DNA from: a virus
Lineage: Duplodnaviria > Caudoviricetes
DNA length: 64,000 nucleotides
Virus record (IMG/VR): IMGVR_UViG_2974532474_000001
Coordinates: 4,763-68,762 of that record
Direction: 5' to 3' (one strand)
Shown piece by piece: positions 35,636 through 45,732 of this stretch (position 1 is its first letter; every line of letters starts with the position of its first letter). The notes beneath the pieces are model-generated. The model searched no databases. It saw nothing but the letters and a program-made list of their open reading frames with translations, and had not been told where the DNA came from. The position numbers and the translations under genes are program-made.

Positions 35636-35979
35636 CCACCACACCAACCGGCATGACCAACAACCAAGCCGCCCTGTTCGCAGCCGCCACACTCAACGCC
35701 AACCGCAACACCAACAGCCCACGCTTTATCGAAGACGTGGAAGGCTTCAAGCTCCTGCTAGACACCCTGGACCAACGAGACGCCGAGGCAGCCGAGAAAG
35801 CCCGCGTCCAAGCAATGCCCGGGTACTGCAACCACCACCTCAAAGCCCAATACCAAAGCCACTGGGGAAACGCACCACTCGACATAAGACCCATCAACCC
35901 CGGCGAACAATGCAACGCACAAGGCTGCTTCCAAGACGACCCCACCAACATCAACCCCAAGAACGGAACAGAAAAATGA
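35632..35979 (+). CDS. Hypothetical protein
   Basis: ATGA overlaps. Confidence 0.65.
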   Translation: MTTTPTGMTNNQAALFAAATLNANRNTNSPRFIEDVEGFKLLLDTLDQRDAEAAEKARVQAMPGYCNHHLKAQYQSHWGNAPLDIRPINPGEQCNAQGCFQDDPTNINPKNGTEK

Positions 35980-36695
35980 CCCCCACACCTGACACAACCC
36001 CCATTGACCACGCGCCACTGTCCACAACTGGGGAAAACCCTGTGGATAAGCTCATTGCCTCCATCCAGGCTGCGAGGGAGGGAATCACCCCGGCAAAGGC
36101 GCTGGCCCTTGTGGAGGAAACGGCCGCGACCCTCACGGAAGTGCTGCCAGAGGACGCCCGGGAACGGCTGTCCCGGGCTGCCAGTGCTTTGACGGCGCAG
36201 CGACCCACTGAGGCCGCGCGAGACGCTGAGGCGGTCAGGCATCGGCTTGACGCGAAGCGGTGGACGGCGCAAGCCCGGGTGGCTGAGGAAAAGGCCGAAA
36301 GCCTGTTTGCTATGACTCCCGAGGAATGGCGTCTTGAGGTGGCCAAGCGTGAGGTGGGGCAGGCGAAGCGCAGCGCGGAACGGCAGGAAGCCCGGGATGG
36401 GTCCATTTCGGTGGACATAACCACTGAGGTGACCGAGACGGTGCAAGTGACGAAAGAGGAAATGACGGCTGCCGGCTGGCACCACGAGAGCAAATGCGGC
36501 CATGCTGCTGAGGAAGCCATGGCGGGTGTTGTCACCGTGGATGATGCCGCGGCGTTGCGCGCGGACACCCACTATGCCTTGCAGGACTGGCACGACCGTG
36601 AGCATGGCATCACGCAGTGGCGGAACTGCCCGTATGAGCCGTGCAAGCTGCTGCCGGAAGCCGCCAAGGTCTTCAAGATCGGTGGCCGGCGGTGA
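35976..36695 (+). CDS. Hypothetical protein with C-terminal His/Cys motif
   Basis: ATGA overlap; HDREH...CPYEPC. Confidence 0.7.
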   Translation: MTPTPDTTPIDHAPLSTTGENPVDKLIASIQAAREGITPAKALALVEETAATLTEVLPEDARERLSRAASALTAQRPTEAARDAEAVRHRLDAKRWTAQARVAEEKAESLFAMTPEEWRLEVAKREVGQAKRSAERQEARDGSISVDITTEVTETVQVTKEEMTAAGWHHESKCGHAAEEAMAGVVTVDDAAALRADTHYALQDWHDREHGITQWRNCPYEPCKLLPEAAKVFKIGGRR

Positions 36696-37165
36696 GGCGC
36701 CGGGACGCGCACGACGCAGCGGGGCGCATCTACGACGCCATGGACGACGGGAAGCTCAAGGGCATTGCCATTGTCCGAACCGGCAGCAACGGCAGCGTGG
36801 AAGCGTGGGAGGGCCGCACCCACTTGGGCGGGTACACCCTGGAAGGCGGCGCGGCGGACCTATTGGAGTTCCAGCGAATGTTCCCGGGTGGCCGGGTTGA
36901 GCGCATGGGGCTGGAATCCAAGGCCGGGAAGTGGGCGCCGACGACCGACCGGGCGCGCTACATCACCAACAGTGGCCCGGACCACGGCGACGTGCTGGTG
37001 ATCTTCCACTATTTCGTGGCCCATGAATGCCTGAATTTCAGTGGGCGCGCCGAAACAGGCGGCAAACCCAAGTGGTGGTGTGTGTCCTGCAAAAAGCCCG
37101 TGACCACCACCAAAGCCCGGGAAATCGGCCTCTTGCCCAAACTCCAACGCAAGGGGACCAAGTGA
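36692..37165 (+). CDS. Hypothetical protein with C-terminal Zn-ribbon
   Basis: GTGA overlap; HEC...WWCVSC. Confidence 0.65.
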   Translation: MRRRDAHDAAGRIYDAMDDGKLKGIAIVRTGSNGSVEAWEGRTHLGGYTLEGGAADLLEFQRMFPGGRVERMGLESKAGKWAPTTDRARYITNSGPDHGDVLVIFHYFVAHECLNFSGRAETGGKPKWWCVSCKKPVTTTKAREIGLLPKLQRKGTK

Positions 37166-37341
37166 GGATTCAACGAGTCAAGGACGGCGACCTCGTGCCC
37201 GTGGAAGGGCTGGACGTACCCGCCGCCACCCAAGTGCACATGTACGGTGCCACGGGCGCGTTCATGGTGGAGGAAGACCCCAACACCGGCATTCTGCGCA
37301 TCACCAGACTGTGGGGCAGCATCACATTGCAAAGCAGGTAA
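37162..37341 (+). CDS. Small hypothetical protein
   Basis: GTGA overlap with AAGGGG RBS. Confidence 0.6.
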   Translation: MRIQRVKDGDLVPVEGLDVPAATQVHMYGATGAFMVEEDPNTGILRITRLWGSITLQSR

Positions 37342-37362
37342 CCGTTTCGGGGGCGCGAGCTA

Positions 37363-37394
37363 AAACAGGCACGCGCCCCCATACGCTGGAAATA
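37363..37394 (+). promoter_or_regulatory. Class M promoter (TACGCT)
   Basis: AAACAGGCACG-N8-TACGCT. Confidence 0.8.
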
Positions 37395-37426
37395 TAAGCA
37401 CCCGCCACAACGAAAGACCCCCAGCC

Positions 37427-37879
37427 ATGAAACTGACCCACCGCGACACCAAATTTGACGTCCAAATCTTGGGCGAGCTCCGCAACTTCACCATTGAAAC
37501 CCGCACAGGTGCCGTAATCAGCGTGAGCGAGGGCGCGGACGGCTCACTCCACCTCCACGAGGGAAGCCACCGCAGCCTCAGAATCGTGCCGGTAGTGGCC
37601 AACGCCGTCCGCATAGACGTGGTAGACCCATTCCTTGAGCAAGCCGCCCCCATGACCCCAATTCCTGACATTGCGGCCCTCGTGAAACTGGACCCGGGAT
37701 CCCGGCTCTACAGTGTGGCCACCCAAACGGTCTACACATGGCATGGCGGCGCCGAACCACACAACGGCCACATAGTCACCAGTGACGCCGGGTCCGGCTG
37801 GGGCACCACCCCCGAGTTCTGGGACGTGGCCGCGCCGCTGCTGCTGGCCGCACACCCAGAAAGCCGGCCCAATGGCTGA
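37427..37879 (+). CDS. Hypothetical protein
   Basis: Follows promoter and CGCCACAACGAAAG leader. Confidence 0.7.
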   Translation: MKLTHRDTKFDVQILGELRNFTIETRTGAVISVSEGADGSLHLHEGSHRSLRIVPVVANAVRIDVVDPFLEQAAPMTPIPDIAALVKLDPGSRLYSVATQTVYTWHGGAEPHNGHIVTSDAGSGWGTTPEFWDVAAPLLLAAHPESRPNG

Positions 37880-38132
37880 CGAAATCGTTGAAGATCAAGA
37901 CCAGCTAGACGCCCTCCCGCTGGGGTCCGTGGTCCTGGACAGCTACGGCTACGAACGGCCCCCATTCGACGGCGACGTGTACCGTTCCGCCATAACCCAG
38001 GGGGTTGCGGTCTGGTGGCAAGCCGGACCACAAGGCCCATTCCACACCGTCTGTTTCCCCGCCAAAGTCCTCCACAAAGGCAACGGCCCCACCACCACCG
38101 AACTGTTCCTGCAGGGGCTAATCAGCACATGA
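37872..38132 (+). CDS. Hypothetical protein (DQLDALPLGSVVLD)
   Basis: Overlapping start. Confidence 0.7.
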   Translation: MADEIVEDQDQLDALPLGSVVLDSYGYERPPFDGDVYRSAITQGVAVWWQAGPQGPFHTVCFPAKVLHKGNGPTTTELFLQGLIST

Positions 38133-38323
38133 CATGGCGGCACCACATTGAAGGCAACACCCAGCACGTATGGCCCGAAAACGACCTTGTGGAACACGAC
38201 CACAAGGACGACGACGGCGGCTGTGTCTGCATCCCACGAACCGAACCCATACCCCGCGAGGACGGCACCATTGGATGGGTGATAGTCCACCACGCACTAG
38301 ACGGCAGAGAGGCCACAGAATGA
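38129..38323 (+). CDS. Small His/Cys metal-binding-type protein
   Basis: HVWPENDLVEH...CVC.P...WVIVHHALDGRE. Confidence 0.7.
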   Translation: MTWRHHIEGNTQHVWPENDLVEHDHKDDDGGCVCIPRTEPIPREDGTIGWVIVHHALDGREATE

Positions 38324-38826
38324 CCATTGACCTGACCCCCTTGGACGAAATCCGGGCACGCACCAAGTCCGTTGAGAACAGCCGATTGCGCGCCCTCAAG
38401 GTAGAACCTGACCCCGTGATGGGCATCAACGCCGTGTTGCTGCGCAGCGCCGCCGACGTTGACGGCTACTACATGAACATTCTGGAAATCATGAGCGGCC
38501 CCCACTACGAAACACCCGTCGTGAAGCTCGAAACAGCCCACCAGATTGTGGCCGCTGCCCGGGACGCCCACGCCCTCATGCTGATCGTGGACGCGATCAA
38601 GACCACCATGGAACAGGAAGCCGCAGACCTCCGCATAACCGCTGACCGGCTCACACAAGACGCGCTCAAACCGCCGACCAGCACCACAAGGGCAGACCGG
38701 CAGCAAGCACGCGAGGACGCCGAACGCTACCGTAACTTTTCCTCATGGGCTGACAGTGTGGCCTACAAAATTCCCAAGATCATTGACAGCATCCTGAGCC
38801 CCAAGGAAGACACCCCGAATGAGTAA
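38320..38826 (+). CDS. Hypothetical protein
   Basis: ATGA overlap. Confidence 0.7.
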   Translation: MTIDLTPLDEIRARTKSVENSRLRALKVEPDPVMGINAVLLRSAADVDGYYMNILEIMSGPHYETPVVKLETAHQIVAAARDAHALMLIVDAIKTTMEQEAADLRITADRLTQDALKPPTSTTRADRQQAREDAERYRNFSSWADSVAYKIPKIIDSILSPKEDTPNE

Positions 38827-39055
38827 GAACCTGAAACCCCAGCCGGCCCCCATCCAGCACAAAACAGCCACCCCGCGCATTGTCATTGACACCGTGGAAC
38901 CGTCCGTAATCCTGGACATGCAACGCGACGGTGTGTTCCTCAAGATGGACCCGGAAACTGCCCGGAAACTGGGCATGTCCTTGGCAACAGGTGCCGCACG
39001 CGCCGAGGGCAAAACCAAGGGCCACATAATCATGACCTTTGTGGAGGACAAATAA
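38819..39055 (+). CDS. Hypothetical protein
   Basis: AAGGA RBS. Confidence 0.7.
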   Translation: MSKNLKPQPAPIQHKTATPRIVIDTVEPSVILDMQRDGVFLKMDPETARKLGMSLATGAARAEGKTKGHIIMTFVEDK

Positions 39056-39057
39056 CC

Positions 39058-39345
39058 ATGAGCTCACTCACTGACCCCAAGAGCATCAAGGCAACTGCCC
39101 GGGCGATCTTCGAGGGCGGACGGGAACACCCCCTTGCCGACCTTGCCCGACTCATTGAAGGCGCAATATCGGACGCCAAGTTCCAAGGGCTGGCACCCTT
39201 CGACGTTGCCCGGTGGGTGGCCCACGTCTTGGACCACAACGGCTACCAAGTGAACCCTGACAGCGAGCCAGCAAGCGCCCATGTGGACGTTGACGGCAGC
39301 CCCAACGACTGCCAAGACTGCCCGATAGACCACGAGGAAGAATAG
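39058..39345 (+). CDS. Hypothetical protein
   Basis: GGAGG RBS. Confidence 0.7.
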   Translation: MSSLTDPKSIKATARAIFEGGREHPLADLARLIEGAISDAKFQGLAPFDVARWVAHVLDHNGYQVNPDSEPASAHVDVDGSPNDCQDCPIDHEEE

Positions 39346-39347
39346 CC

Positions 39348-39875
39348 ATGCCTGAATTCGCCACAGCACGCCAACGCATCAACGAGTACCTACGCCAACG
39401 CAAGACGCAAACCCGCGACTTGGGCAACTCCATTCACGTCAGCTACACAGACCCCAAGGGCGAGCCGGCCGAACTGAGGGTTTCCGACATTGAGGAAATC
39501 ATGTTGACCTCAACAGGGCTGGAATCCTGGACTTACTTCTACGCGTTCCACGCCGCCTACGCAGCCTTGCGCGCCCATGAAGCATGGACCATGGGACGCG
39601 GTGAAGACCTGACCGGCAACGGCACCAAATCCCACAAAATCAGTTGCGTGGGCTGCCCGGGCGGCTGGCACACCTACGCACTTAGTGCCGAGGATGCGCG
39701 CGAGCTATTCACCGGCCACCAAGCCAACATTGTGGCCACCCACTTGCGTGACAGCTTCCAGAACCCTGACAAGGCAACCGAACAACAGGCAATCCTTGAC
39801 CGGGTATGGCATGAAGGCTGGGACGCCAACGACGGTGACACAAGCCCCTACGCATTCGAGGAAGGCACCGAATGA
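39348..39875 (+). CDS. Hypothetical protein with C-x2-C...HQA module
   Basis: GAGG RBS. Confidence 0.7.
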   Translation: MPEFATARQRINEYLRQRKTQTRDLGNSIHVSYTDPKGEPAELRVSDIEEIMLTSTGLESWTYFYAFHAAYAALRAHEAWTMGRGEDLTGNGTKSHKISCVGCPGGWHTYALSAEDARELFTGHQANIVATHLRDSFQNPDKATEQQAILDRVWHEGWDANDGDTSPYAFEEGTE

Positions 39876-40726
39876 CCACCGCCCTGGAAGTCCTCAAAGC
39901 TCACCCTGAATGGCAGTTCAGCATGATCATGAACCGGGTTACTTGCACCGGCCCGGGCTGTGATTGGAAGCATGACGACGTTGGCCTAAGTGAGCCAGCC
40001 GGGGACTTGTTCCGCGCCCATCAGGCTGAGGAAATCAGCAAGGCCATGACGGGTGCACCTGTTGAGCTCAAGACCGAGCCGCTGGCAGCCCACAGCACGC
40101 AGCGCGAGGAAATGCTGAGGGGATTCAACGCTGACGTGGCCGGCGGAACCCTCACCCTTGTGCACGATTCCGGGCTTCACCGTTACCTGACGTTCCGGCC
40201 CCGTGGTGGTAATTTCTGCTGGTTTGACATCATCACCAGCCCCGGGCAACTCACCATCAGGGGCGACATGGGCGACTACATGTTCGCCCGGGAACAGGAC
40301 ATGCTCCGGGATTTCTTCCACCGCAACGTGAACCCCAGCTATTGGGCCGAAAAGGTGCTTGCCGAAGACGTGCACAGCGCCGTGAGGGAATACAGCTTTG
40401 ATAGGTTCAAAGCAAGCGTTCTGCATGATTTCTGGCACGCCCGGGAGGACTACACGCCCGAGCAAGCCCGGGCACTGTGGGAGGAAATCCGCGCCACCGG
40501 CCCCCTGGACGACTATGCAGACGTTCACCACCTCAACGGCGCCGTGGACGCCCTCCAAACGTTCCGGGCCGAGTCCGTGGACGGGTTCAGCTTCGACACC
40601 CACGGATATGAGGATTTCGAGGACTACGGCCACCACTTCCTGTGGTGCTGCCATGCCGTCCTGTTCGCTGCCCGTGCGTATCGTGAACACCACCAAGCCA
40701 AGACCCTGGAAAGGGGTAAATCATGA
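39872..40726 (+). CDS. Conserved-type phage hypothetical (HDSGLHRYLTF...WFDIITSPG...YWAEK)
   Basis: ATGA overlap; motif-rich. Confidence 0.75.
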   Translation: MTTALEVLKAHPEWQFSMIMNRVTCTGPGCDWKHDDVGLSEPAGDLFRAHQAEEISKAMTGAPVELKTEPLAAHSTQREEMLRGFNADVAGGTLTLVHDSGLHRYLTFRPRGGNFCWFDIITSPGQLTIRGDMGDYMFAREQDMLRDFFHRNVNPSYWAEKVLAEDVHSAVREYSFDRFKASVLHDFWHAREDYTPEQARALWEEIRATGPLDDYADVHHLNGAVDALQTFRAESVDGFSFDTHGYEDFEDYGHHFLWCCHAVLFAARAYREHHQAKTLERGKS

Positions 40727-41148
40727 CCATTGCACCAATCACCCAAGCCGAAATAGACAACGTGGAGGTAACCCGCGACGGCGTAACCCTTAGCGCTGCG
40801 GAAGGCACCATAAAGACCAGTGTTGCCACGGACCCATCCACGCTGAGGACTCGCGCAATCTACCTGTTGGCACTTGCCAACTACATTGACAACCCACCCT
40901 TGCCGCCCTTCGAGTTCCCCAAGAACCACGCCGCCGTGATCACCGCAGACGGCGCCATGAAAGACGGGAAAGTGCCGCTGGCACGCTTCACCCGCATTGA
41001 GGATTCAGGCTGGTTCAGCCGAACTTACGGGTGGATCACCGAGGCCACGATCCTGAAAGAGTTCACCAACATGCAGGTAGTCAGCGAGGGCATCCCCGGA
41101 CTGACCCCCGAGGACGAACCGGACGTCGAACCCGCCCCCGCCGGCTAA
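40723..41148 (+). CDS. Hypothetical protein
   Basis: ATGA overlap. Confidence 0.7.
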   Translation: MTIAPITQAEIDNVEVTRDGVTLSAAEGTIKTSVATDPSTLRTRAIYLLALANYIDNPPLPPFEFPKNHAAVITADGAMKDGKVPLARFTRIEDSGWFSRTYGWITEATILKEFTNMQVVSEGIPGLTPEDEPDVEPAPAG

Positions 41149-41155
41149 CCCCACC

Positions 41156-41195
41156 AAAAGCCCCGTGACGCATCCCACAGTGTCGCGGGGCTTTT
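41156..41195. terminator. Terminator
   Basis: AAAAGCCCCGTGAC...GTCGCGGGGCTTTT. Confidence 0.85.
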
Positions 41196-41233
41196 GCGTA
41201 CCGTCAACCCACCAGCAAACAAAGAGGTTGACC

Positions 41234-41395
41234 ATGGCAAAGCACCGCGTAACCCACCTGACCAAGTGCCACGAGTGCGCCACACTCGTTGAGGAACCCT
41301 GCCGGTTCGCTTTCGAGTACGCCCTGTGTGCACGCCACAAGGATTGCCGCCCATGCCCACTTTTGGAGTGGAGGGAAAAACAGGCACGCGCCTAG
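41234..41395 (+). CDS. Cys-rich micro-protein
   Basis: AGAGG RBS; CHEC, C..HKDC.PC. Confidence 0.65.
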   Translation: MAKHRVTHLTKCHECATLVEEPCRFAFEYALCARHKDCRPCPLLEWREKQARA

Positions 41396-41409
41396 ATACG
41401 TTGGGGATA
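41378..41409 (+). promoter_or_regulatory. Class M promoter, leaderless
   Basis: TACGTT -10; ATG at +28. Confidence 0.8.
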
Positions 41410-41840
41410 TGACCGAAACACAGAAACCCCGACGCAACCCCCGCGCTGAACTGATCAACCACGCCCGAACCCTTGGGGATCCCAATTGGTCCCTTTCCGT
41501 GCCCCCAGAGGCCAAGCAACTTATCAACGCCCTTGCCGAACAGGTGGCCATTTCCATGCCACCCCCGCAAGTGGTCATTCCCGAGGACAAGCCCCGCGAC
41601 CCGGTTGTGACGCTGGCAAGTAGCGCCAAGAACTATCTGGAATACCGCAAGGGCAAGCTTGAGGACACCCTCGCCAACCTGGAACGCGCCATAGCTGACT
41701 TGCGCCGCTACCCCGGCAGCGACGGCGTGAACCTCATGTGCCGTGCCGCCGAGGCAGCCAACGCCGCCACCCAACTGCAAGACGCCATGGAACACGCCGA
41801 ACAATTCGCCTACCTCGTGGGAGAACGCGCCAATGACTAA
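41409..41840 (+). CDS. Hypothetical protein
   Basis: Leaderless ATG. Confidence 0.75.
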   Translation: MTETQKPRRNPRAELINHARTLGDPNWSLSVPPEAKQLINALAEQVAISMPPPQVVIPEDKPRDPVVTLASSAKNYLEYRKGKLEDTLANLERAIADLRRYPGSDGVNLMCRAAEAANAATQLQDAMEHAEQFAYLVGERAND

Positions 41841-42426
41841 ACGGCAATACCTCGTGACGTTCGACGTTCCAGAGGACATGGACCCCGAAAGGCTGGACAG
41901 CCACATGGCCGACCTGCTTTTCAACGCCAAGGTGGAAAGGCTCGCTGACACTGTGGGCGGATTCCCCGCCATTTGGGACGCCAACGCCCCACAAGGCACC
42001 GTTATGGTGTTCCAGGCTGACCAAAGGGAACCCATCGGGCACATAACCCCGCAACCATCCGCCGAACGCTTCACGGGAAGGGACAACAGCCCAACGCCGG
42101 AACAGTGGGACCAGCTACGGGAACGCGTCAAGGACATGGTGAGGGGCAACCCTTGGGGCCACGTTGAGGTGATGCAACCAGACGGCACCATGGCCCCGCC
42201 GCCTGTCCCCGGCGCGATCCTTGGGACCGGGGGCTGGGTAGTTCAAGACCCGCCCCCGGCACGCAAGGGGTCCGACGCCCTGAACCTCCCGGCGTGCGTC
42301 AACTGCCACAACATGATTCTCACCTTCGAGGACCACGCCCAAAACTGCACTACCCGCCAAGGCGCGTATCAACTCCCAACACTTACCCCCGGATTCCTGC
42401 AACCAAAGGACAGCGACAATGGATAA
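41833..42426 (+). CDS. Hypothetical protein
   Basis: GGGAG RBS. Confidence 0.65.
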   Translation: MTKRQYLVTFDVPEDMDPERLDSHMADLLFNAKVERLADTVGGFPAIWDANAPQGTVMVFQADQREPIGHITPQPSAERFTGRDNSPTPEQWDQLRERVKDMVRGNPWGHVEVMQPDGTMAPPPVPGAILGTGGWVVQDPPPARKGSDALNLPACVNCHNMILTFEDHAQNCTTRQGAYQLPTLTPGFLQPKDSDNG

Positions 42427-42988
42427 CCGCCCCATGACTGACCCGGACCTTGAGCCGGCCGTTTTTGAACTGGCCTTTGAAATCTTCACCGCAGACAATG
42501 ACAGTTTCAAGGGCACCCCGGAAGAACTCTGGGCATCTTCCGGGGTTCACCACACTGCCTACGCGTTCAATATTGCGCGCGCTCTCATTGCCAAGGGCTA
42601 CAGCAAGACCCCTGGCGACATGGTGCGCGTGGAGGAAGTGCGGCCCGTCATTGCTGAAATCACGGACCCTGACCCGTGCCAACGGGACATGAACGGCGGC
42701 TGCCAAACCCATCTTTACCTTGACCTCAAGCCTGACGACCAATGCCCCCAGCAAGTCGCCAAGACATGGCTGCAAGACCACCCGGAACCCAAAGCAGAAC
42801 CCGGGGCGGGTGACCTCCTATGCCATGGTGGCTGTGGGAACTTCACCCCTTGGACTGCCGTAAACACGGAATTGAGCCGCTGGACGGTCACCACCACCAG
42901 CACCAAGGACAGTGGCGACCCGGGCGCCCATATCCGGGTGTGGTGCCCCGCCTGTGGCCCATGGGGCGGCACCTATGCCACGGATTGA
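42419..42988 (+). CDS. Hypothetical protein with Cys motifs
   Basis: AAGGA RBS; CHGGCG...WCPACG. Confidence 0.7.
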   Translation: MDNRPMTDPDLEPAVFELAFEIFTADNDSFKGTPEELWASSGVHHTAYAFNIARALIAKGYSKTPGDMVRVEEVRPVIAEITDPDPCQRDMNGGCQTHLYLDLKPDDQCPQQVAKTWLQDHPEPKAEPGAGDLLCHGGCGNFTPWTAVNTELSRWTVTTTSTKDSGDPGAHIRVWCPACGPWGGTYATD

Positions 42989-43127
42989 GCTCCTAAGAGA
43001 CCACCGTGGCCACATAGCTGGACATGTGGCCACGGTTACCAAGGAAGAACAGGAAGCCGCGGACAAGTGGAAAGCGGCCCTACGGGAAACCGAAATAGAC
43101 AACTTTGGCGATTGGATCGACTGGTGA
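42975..43127 (+). CDS. 50 aa hypothetical protein
   Basis: Overlapping start. Confidence 0.55.
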   Translation: MPRIELLRDHRGHIAGHVATVTKEEQEAADKWKAALRETEIDNFGDWIDW

Positions 43128-43363
43128 AACAAGGAAAATATTGGTGCTTGGCCTTGGCTGCGGTGGCTTTGCTGCTGTTCGGCGCGCAAATCTGGACCGG
43201 CGACGGGCGGTTCGGTGGGCTGGCATGGCTGGCCGTCGTCGGTGGGATCATTGCCGGGGTTGTGGGCATTTCTCAATCGGTCAAAGCCGAAACCCAGGAA
43301 CTCAAAAAACACCCCGTGTTGGGCTGGGACGACGAAAAACAGGCACGCGAGGGGCGAGACTGA
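43124..43363 (+). CDS. Two-TM membrane protein
   Basis: GTGA overlap; two hydrophobic stretches. Confidence 0.65.
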   Translation: MKQGKYWCLALAAVALLLFGAQIWTGDGRFGGLAWLAVVGGIIAGVVGISQSVKAETQELKKHPVLGWDDEKQAREGRD

Positions 43364-43368
43364 GAATA
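43337..43368 (+). promoter_or_regulatory. Class M promoter, leaderless
   Basis: GAGACT -10; ATG at +28. Confidence 0.8.
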
Positions 43369-43568
43369 TGAGCAACCAGAACCCCGACTTACCAGACCCC
43401 GGCACAAGTGCAATGCTGGCCGACGCCATAGCCATGCAGGAAGTCATGCTGGCCATGACTTCCGCCGGCTTCACTCAGGACCAAGCGCTCAAGTACATGG
43501 TCTACCGCTCCATTGCCGTGGTGGAAATGCAAACCCCATGCACGAACTGCGGACAACAACCAAAATGA
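43368..43568 (+). CDS. Small hypothetical protein
   Basis: Leaderless ATG; GFTQDQAL motif, C-terminal CxxC. Confidence 0.7.
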   Translation: MSNQNPDLPDPGTSAMLADAIAMQEVMLAMTSAGFTQDQALKYMVYRSIAVVEMQTPCTNCGQQPK

Positions 43569-44164
43569 ACGTGCGCGACTTTGACCCCCGACCCGCCGGC
43601 GACGTAGTGCCCGATCCATTCGTGGAGGGCAGCAACAACAGGTGGATGCCGTTCGATCCGCACAAGGCTGCCATGGGCTACCACGCAGCCCGGGCCATGG
43701 CCTACTACCGGCAAGTTGAGCTTGAGCCCGAGAACACCAGCGCTGTGGCGTTGCTGGTCACGGAATACCACATTGCGAGCCTCTACTACGCCCAAGTGAC
43801 CGGGGGCATGTCCCGCAAAGGCTGTATTGGCTTCAACAAAGGCATGCGGGAACGGCCCGAAACGTTCGGGCACAATATCCGGCACATGCTGGGGTTCCTG
43901 GGCATTGACCCCCGGGAAATCGCCCCTTTCCGGTCCCCGACCCCGATCCAGCGCGAGGCATTGGAGGGGCTGGTGCGGGACTTGCTCCACCATCAGGACC
44001 ACGAGGGCGAGGCGGTGGACGTGCGCGGCCCACACGGCTGGTACGACGTCGCGTCCGTGATCGTGGGCGCCCTCAACCCCGACGCCCGAAAGGGTGACCC
44101 ATCCCTGCTGCCCGGAATCCGGGCCAAACTCGACAATCTCAAGGAACAGGACACCACCAAATGA
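43565..44164 (+). CDS. Hypothetical protein
   Basis: ATGA overlap. Confidence 0.7.
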   Translation: MNVRDFDPRPAGDVVPDPFVEGSNNRWMPFDPHKAAMGYHAARAMAYYRQVELEPENTSAVALLVTEYHIASLYYAQVTGGMSRKGCIGFNKGMRERPETFGHNIRHMLGFLGIDPREIAPFRSPTPIQREALEGLVRDLLHHQDHEGEAVDVRGPHGWYDVASVIVGALNPDARKGDPSLLPGIRAKLDNLKEQDTTK

Positions 44165-45246
44165 ACTGCATAGGACTGGCCGAACACTTCCTGCCGGACG
44201 CCCCCAAGGGTTCGTTCTACACATGCCCCCACGGGCGTATCCACCGGCTCAAGCGCAATGGTTGGAAGCCCGTTAGGAACCCCATCTTGCTGCGTCGCGT
44301 CAAACAGGAACAGTGGCGCGCAATGTCCGCCGAGCTTATCGCTTTGTGCGAGCGGGTGGCCGCGCGTGCCATTGCCAAAGAGGCTGAGGAAGCCGAGCGC
44401 CTGGAACGCATGGAAGCGAACCGGGAACACAACGCCAAGGAACGCGCCAAAGCCCGGGACCACGCCAACAGAATCCGGTGGGGAACCGACGCCGAGGCCG
44501 GGGACGCCGTGAAGCTTGAGCCGGAAGGCTTCGAGGTCACCCGCGTGCTGGGACGAACCAAGCACGACGCAAAGGCCGGGGACGTTGTGGAACTCGACAT
44601 GGAGAACCCGCCCAATGCCGACTTTCGCAAAGACCCCGAATATGCGGAAGCCCTCAAGGACTGGAAAGACCGCGAGGGCGGCGACTGGGTGCCGGTAGCG
44701 AATCGCGAGGACTACACGCCCAAGTTCATGGACCCCAGCGTGCCCCGGGAGGAACACAAGCGCCGGCTCATGCGCCTGTTCGACGGCGAACGTAAAGGCA
44801 AGGGCCACAGCGAGGCCGCAGACTTCACAGTGGACTACTACGCCGCCGCCACGAACATGAGCAAGAACGGCGTCTATGACATGTTCATTGAGGCGTGGAA
44901 CGACCGCTGCAAGGAAACGGGAGACACCCCACGCGTGGCCCTTGTGACCGCTGACGGGCGGGACAAAACCGAGGACGAAATCCGGGAGGAAGCCGCAAAG
45001 CTCAACCTGGAAGTGGCCTTTGACGTGAGCGCCGGCAGCGCAAAACCGGACGTGATCACCACCCCCGCCGCCGAACCCAAGGAAGCCCGGGGCGGCGTAA
45101 TCATTGACCCGCCCACGCCCCCGGGCACCATCAAAGTGGAGCTTTCCCCCGGCAGCTTCATCAGTGCTGACGCCGCCGCCAATCAGGTCATGAACGCCGC
45201 CGCAGCAAGCATCCGTGAGAACGGCGCCCGGGGCGTGTGGCTGTGA
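44161..45246 (+). CDS. Hypothetical protein (charged, coiled-coil segment)
   Basis: AAGGA RBS; 361 aa. Confidence 0.75.
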   Translation: MNCIGLAEHFLPDAPKGSFYTCPHGRIHRLKRNGWKPVRNPILLRRVKQEQWRAMSAELIALCERVAARAIAKEAEEAERLERMEANREHNAKERAKARDHANRIRWGTDAEAGDAVKLEPEGFEVTRVLGRTKHDAKAGDVVELDMENPPNADFRKDPEYAEALKDWKDREGGDWVPVANREDYTPKFMDPSVPREEHKRRLMRLFDGERKGKGHSEAADFTVDYYAAATNMSKNGVYDMFIEAWNDRCKETGDTPRVALVTADGRDKTEDEIREEAAKLNLEVAFDVSAGSAKPDVITTPAAEPKEARGGVIIDPPTPPGTIKVELSPGSFISADAAANQVMNAAAASIRENGARGVWL

Positions 45247-45674
45247 CGCACCCACTCGTGGAGTTCCTGGCGGTCCGGTTTGCCGAGGAACAGGCGGACG
45301 CCACAAACGCCCTCAAGATCAAAAACGGCGAACCCATCCCCAAGGACGCAGACCATGACTACAGCATGGACGTGTTCGGATGGGAGAGCTTCGCGGACGA
45401 ACACCAAACCAAGGTAGTGAACACCTGGAACCCGGTGAGGGTCTTGGCTGAGGTGCACGCCAAACGCGGCATTCTGGCCATGCACACAGCCGAGGACGGC
45501 GGACACGGCTGGCACGGCTGGGAACGCACCAACGGGCTTGTCTGCACCACATGCGGCGACGTGGACGACAGGCCAAACCCGTGGCCATGTGACACGCTCA
45601 AGTGGCTTGGGCAGCCCTACCAAGACCATGAGGACTACCAAGGCGCGTGGGCGCATGACCCCGTGTTAGGCTAG
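45243..45674 (+). CDS. DUF6221-like protein
   Basis: LVEFLAVRFAEE...PVRVLAEV.AKR...PCDTL..L..PY.DH.DY...W. Confidence 0.7.
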   Translation: MTHPLVEFLAVRFAEEQADATNALKIKNGEPIPKDADHDYSMDVFGWESFADEHQTKVVNTWNPVRVLAEVHAKRGILAMHTAEDGGHGWHGWERTNGLVCTTCGDVDDRPNPWPCDTLKWLGQPYQDHEDYQGAWAHDPVLG

Positions 45675-45700
45675 CCCCGTCCTTTAGATCGGATGAAACG

Positions 45701-45732
45701 AAAAGCCCCCGGCGGCAACCCGGGGGCTTTTT
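45701..45732. terminator. Terminator
   Basis: AAAAGCCCCCGG...CCGGGGGCTTTTT. Confidence 0.9.
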
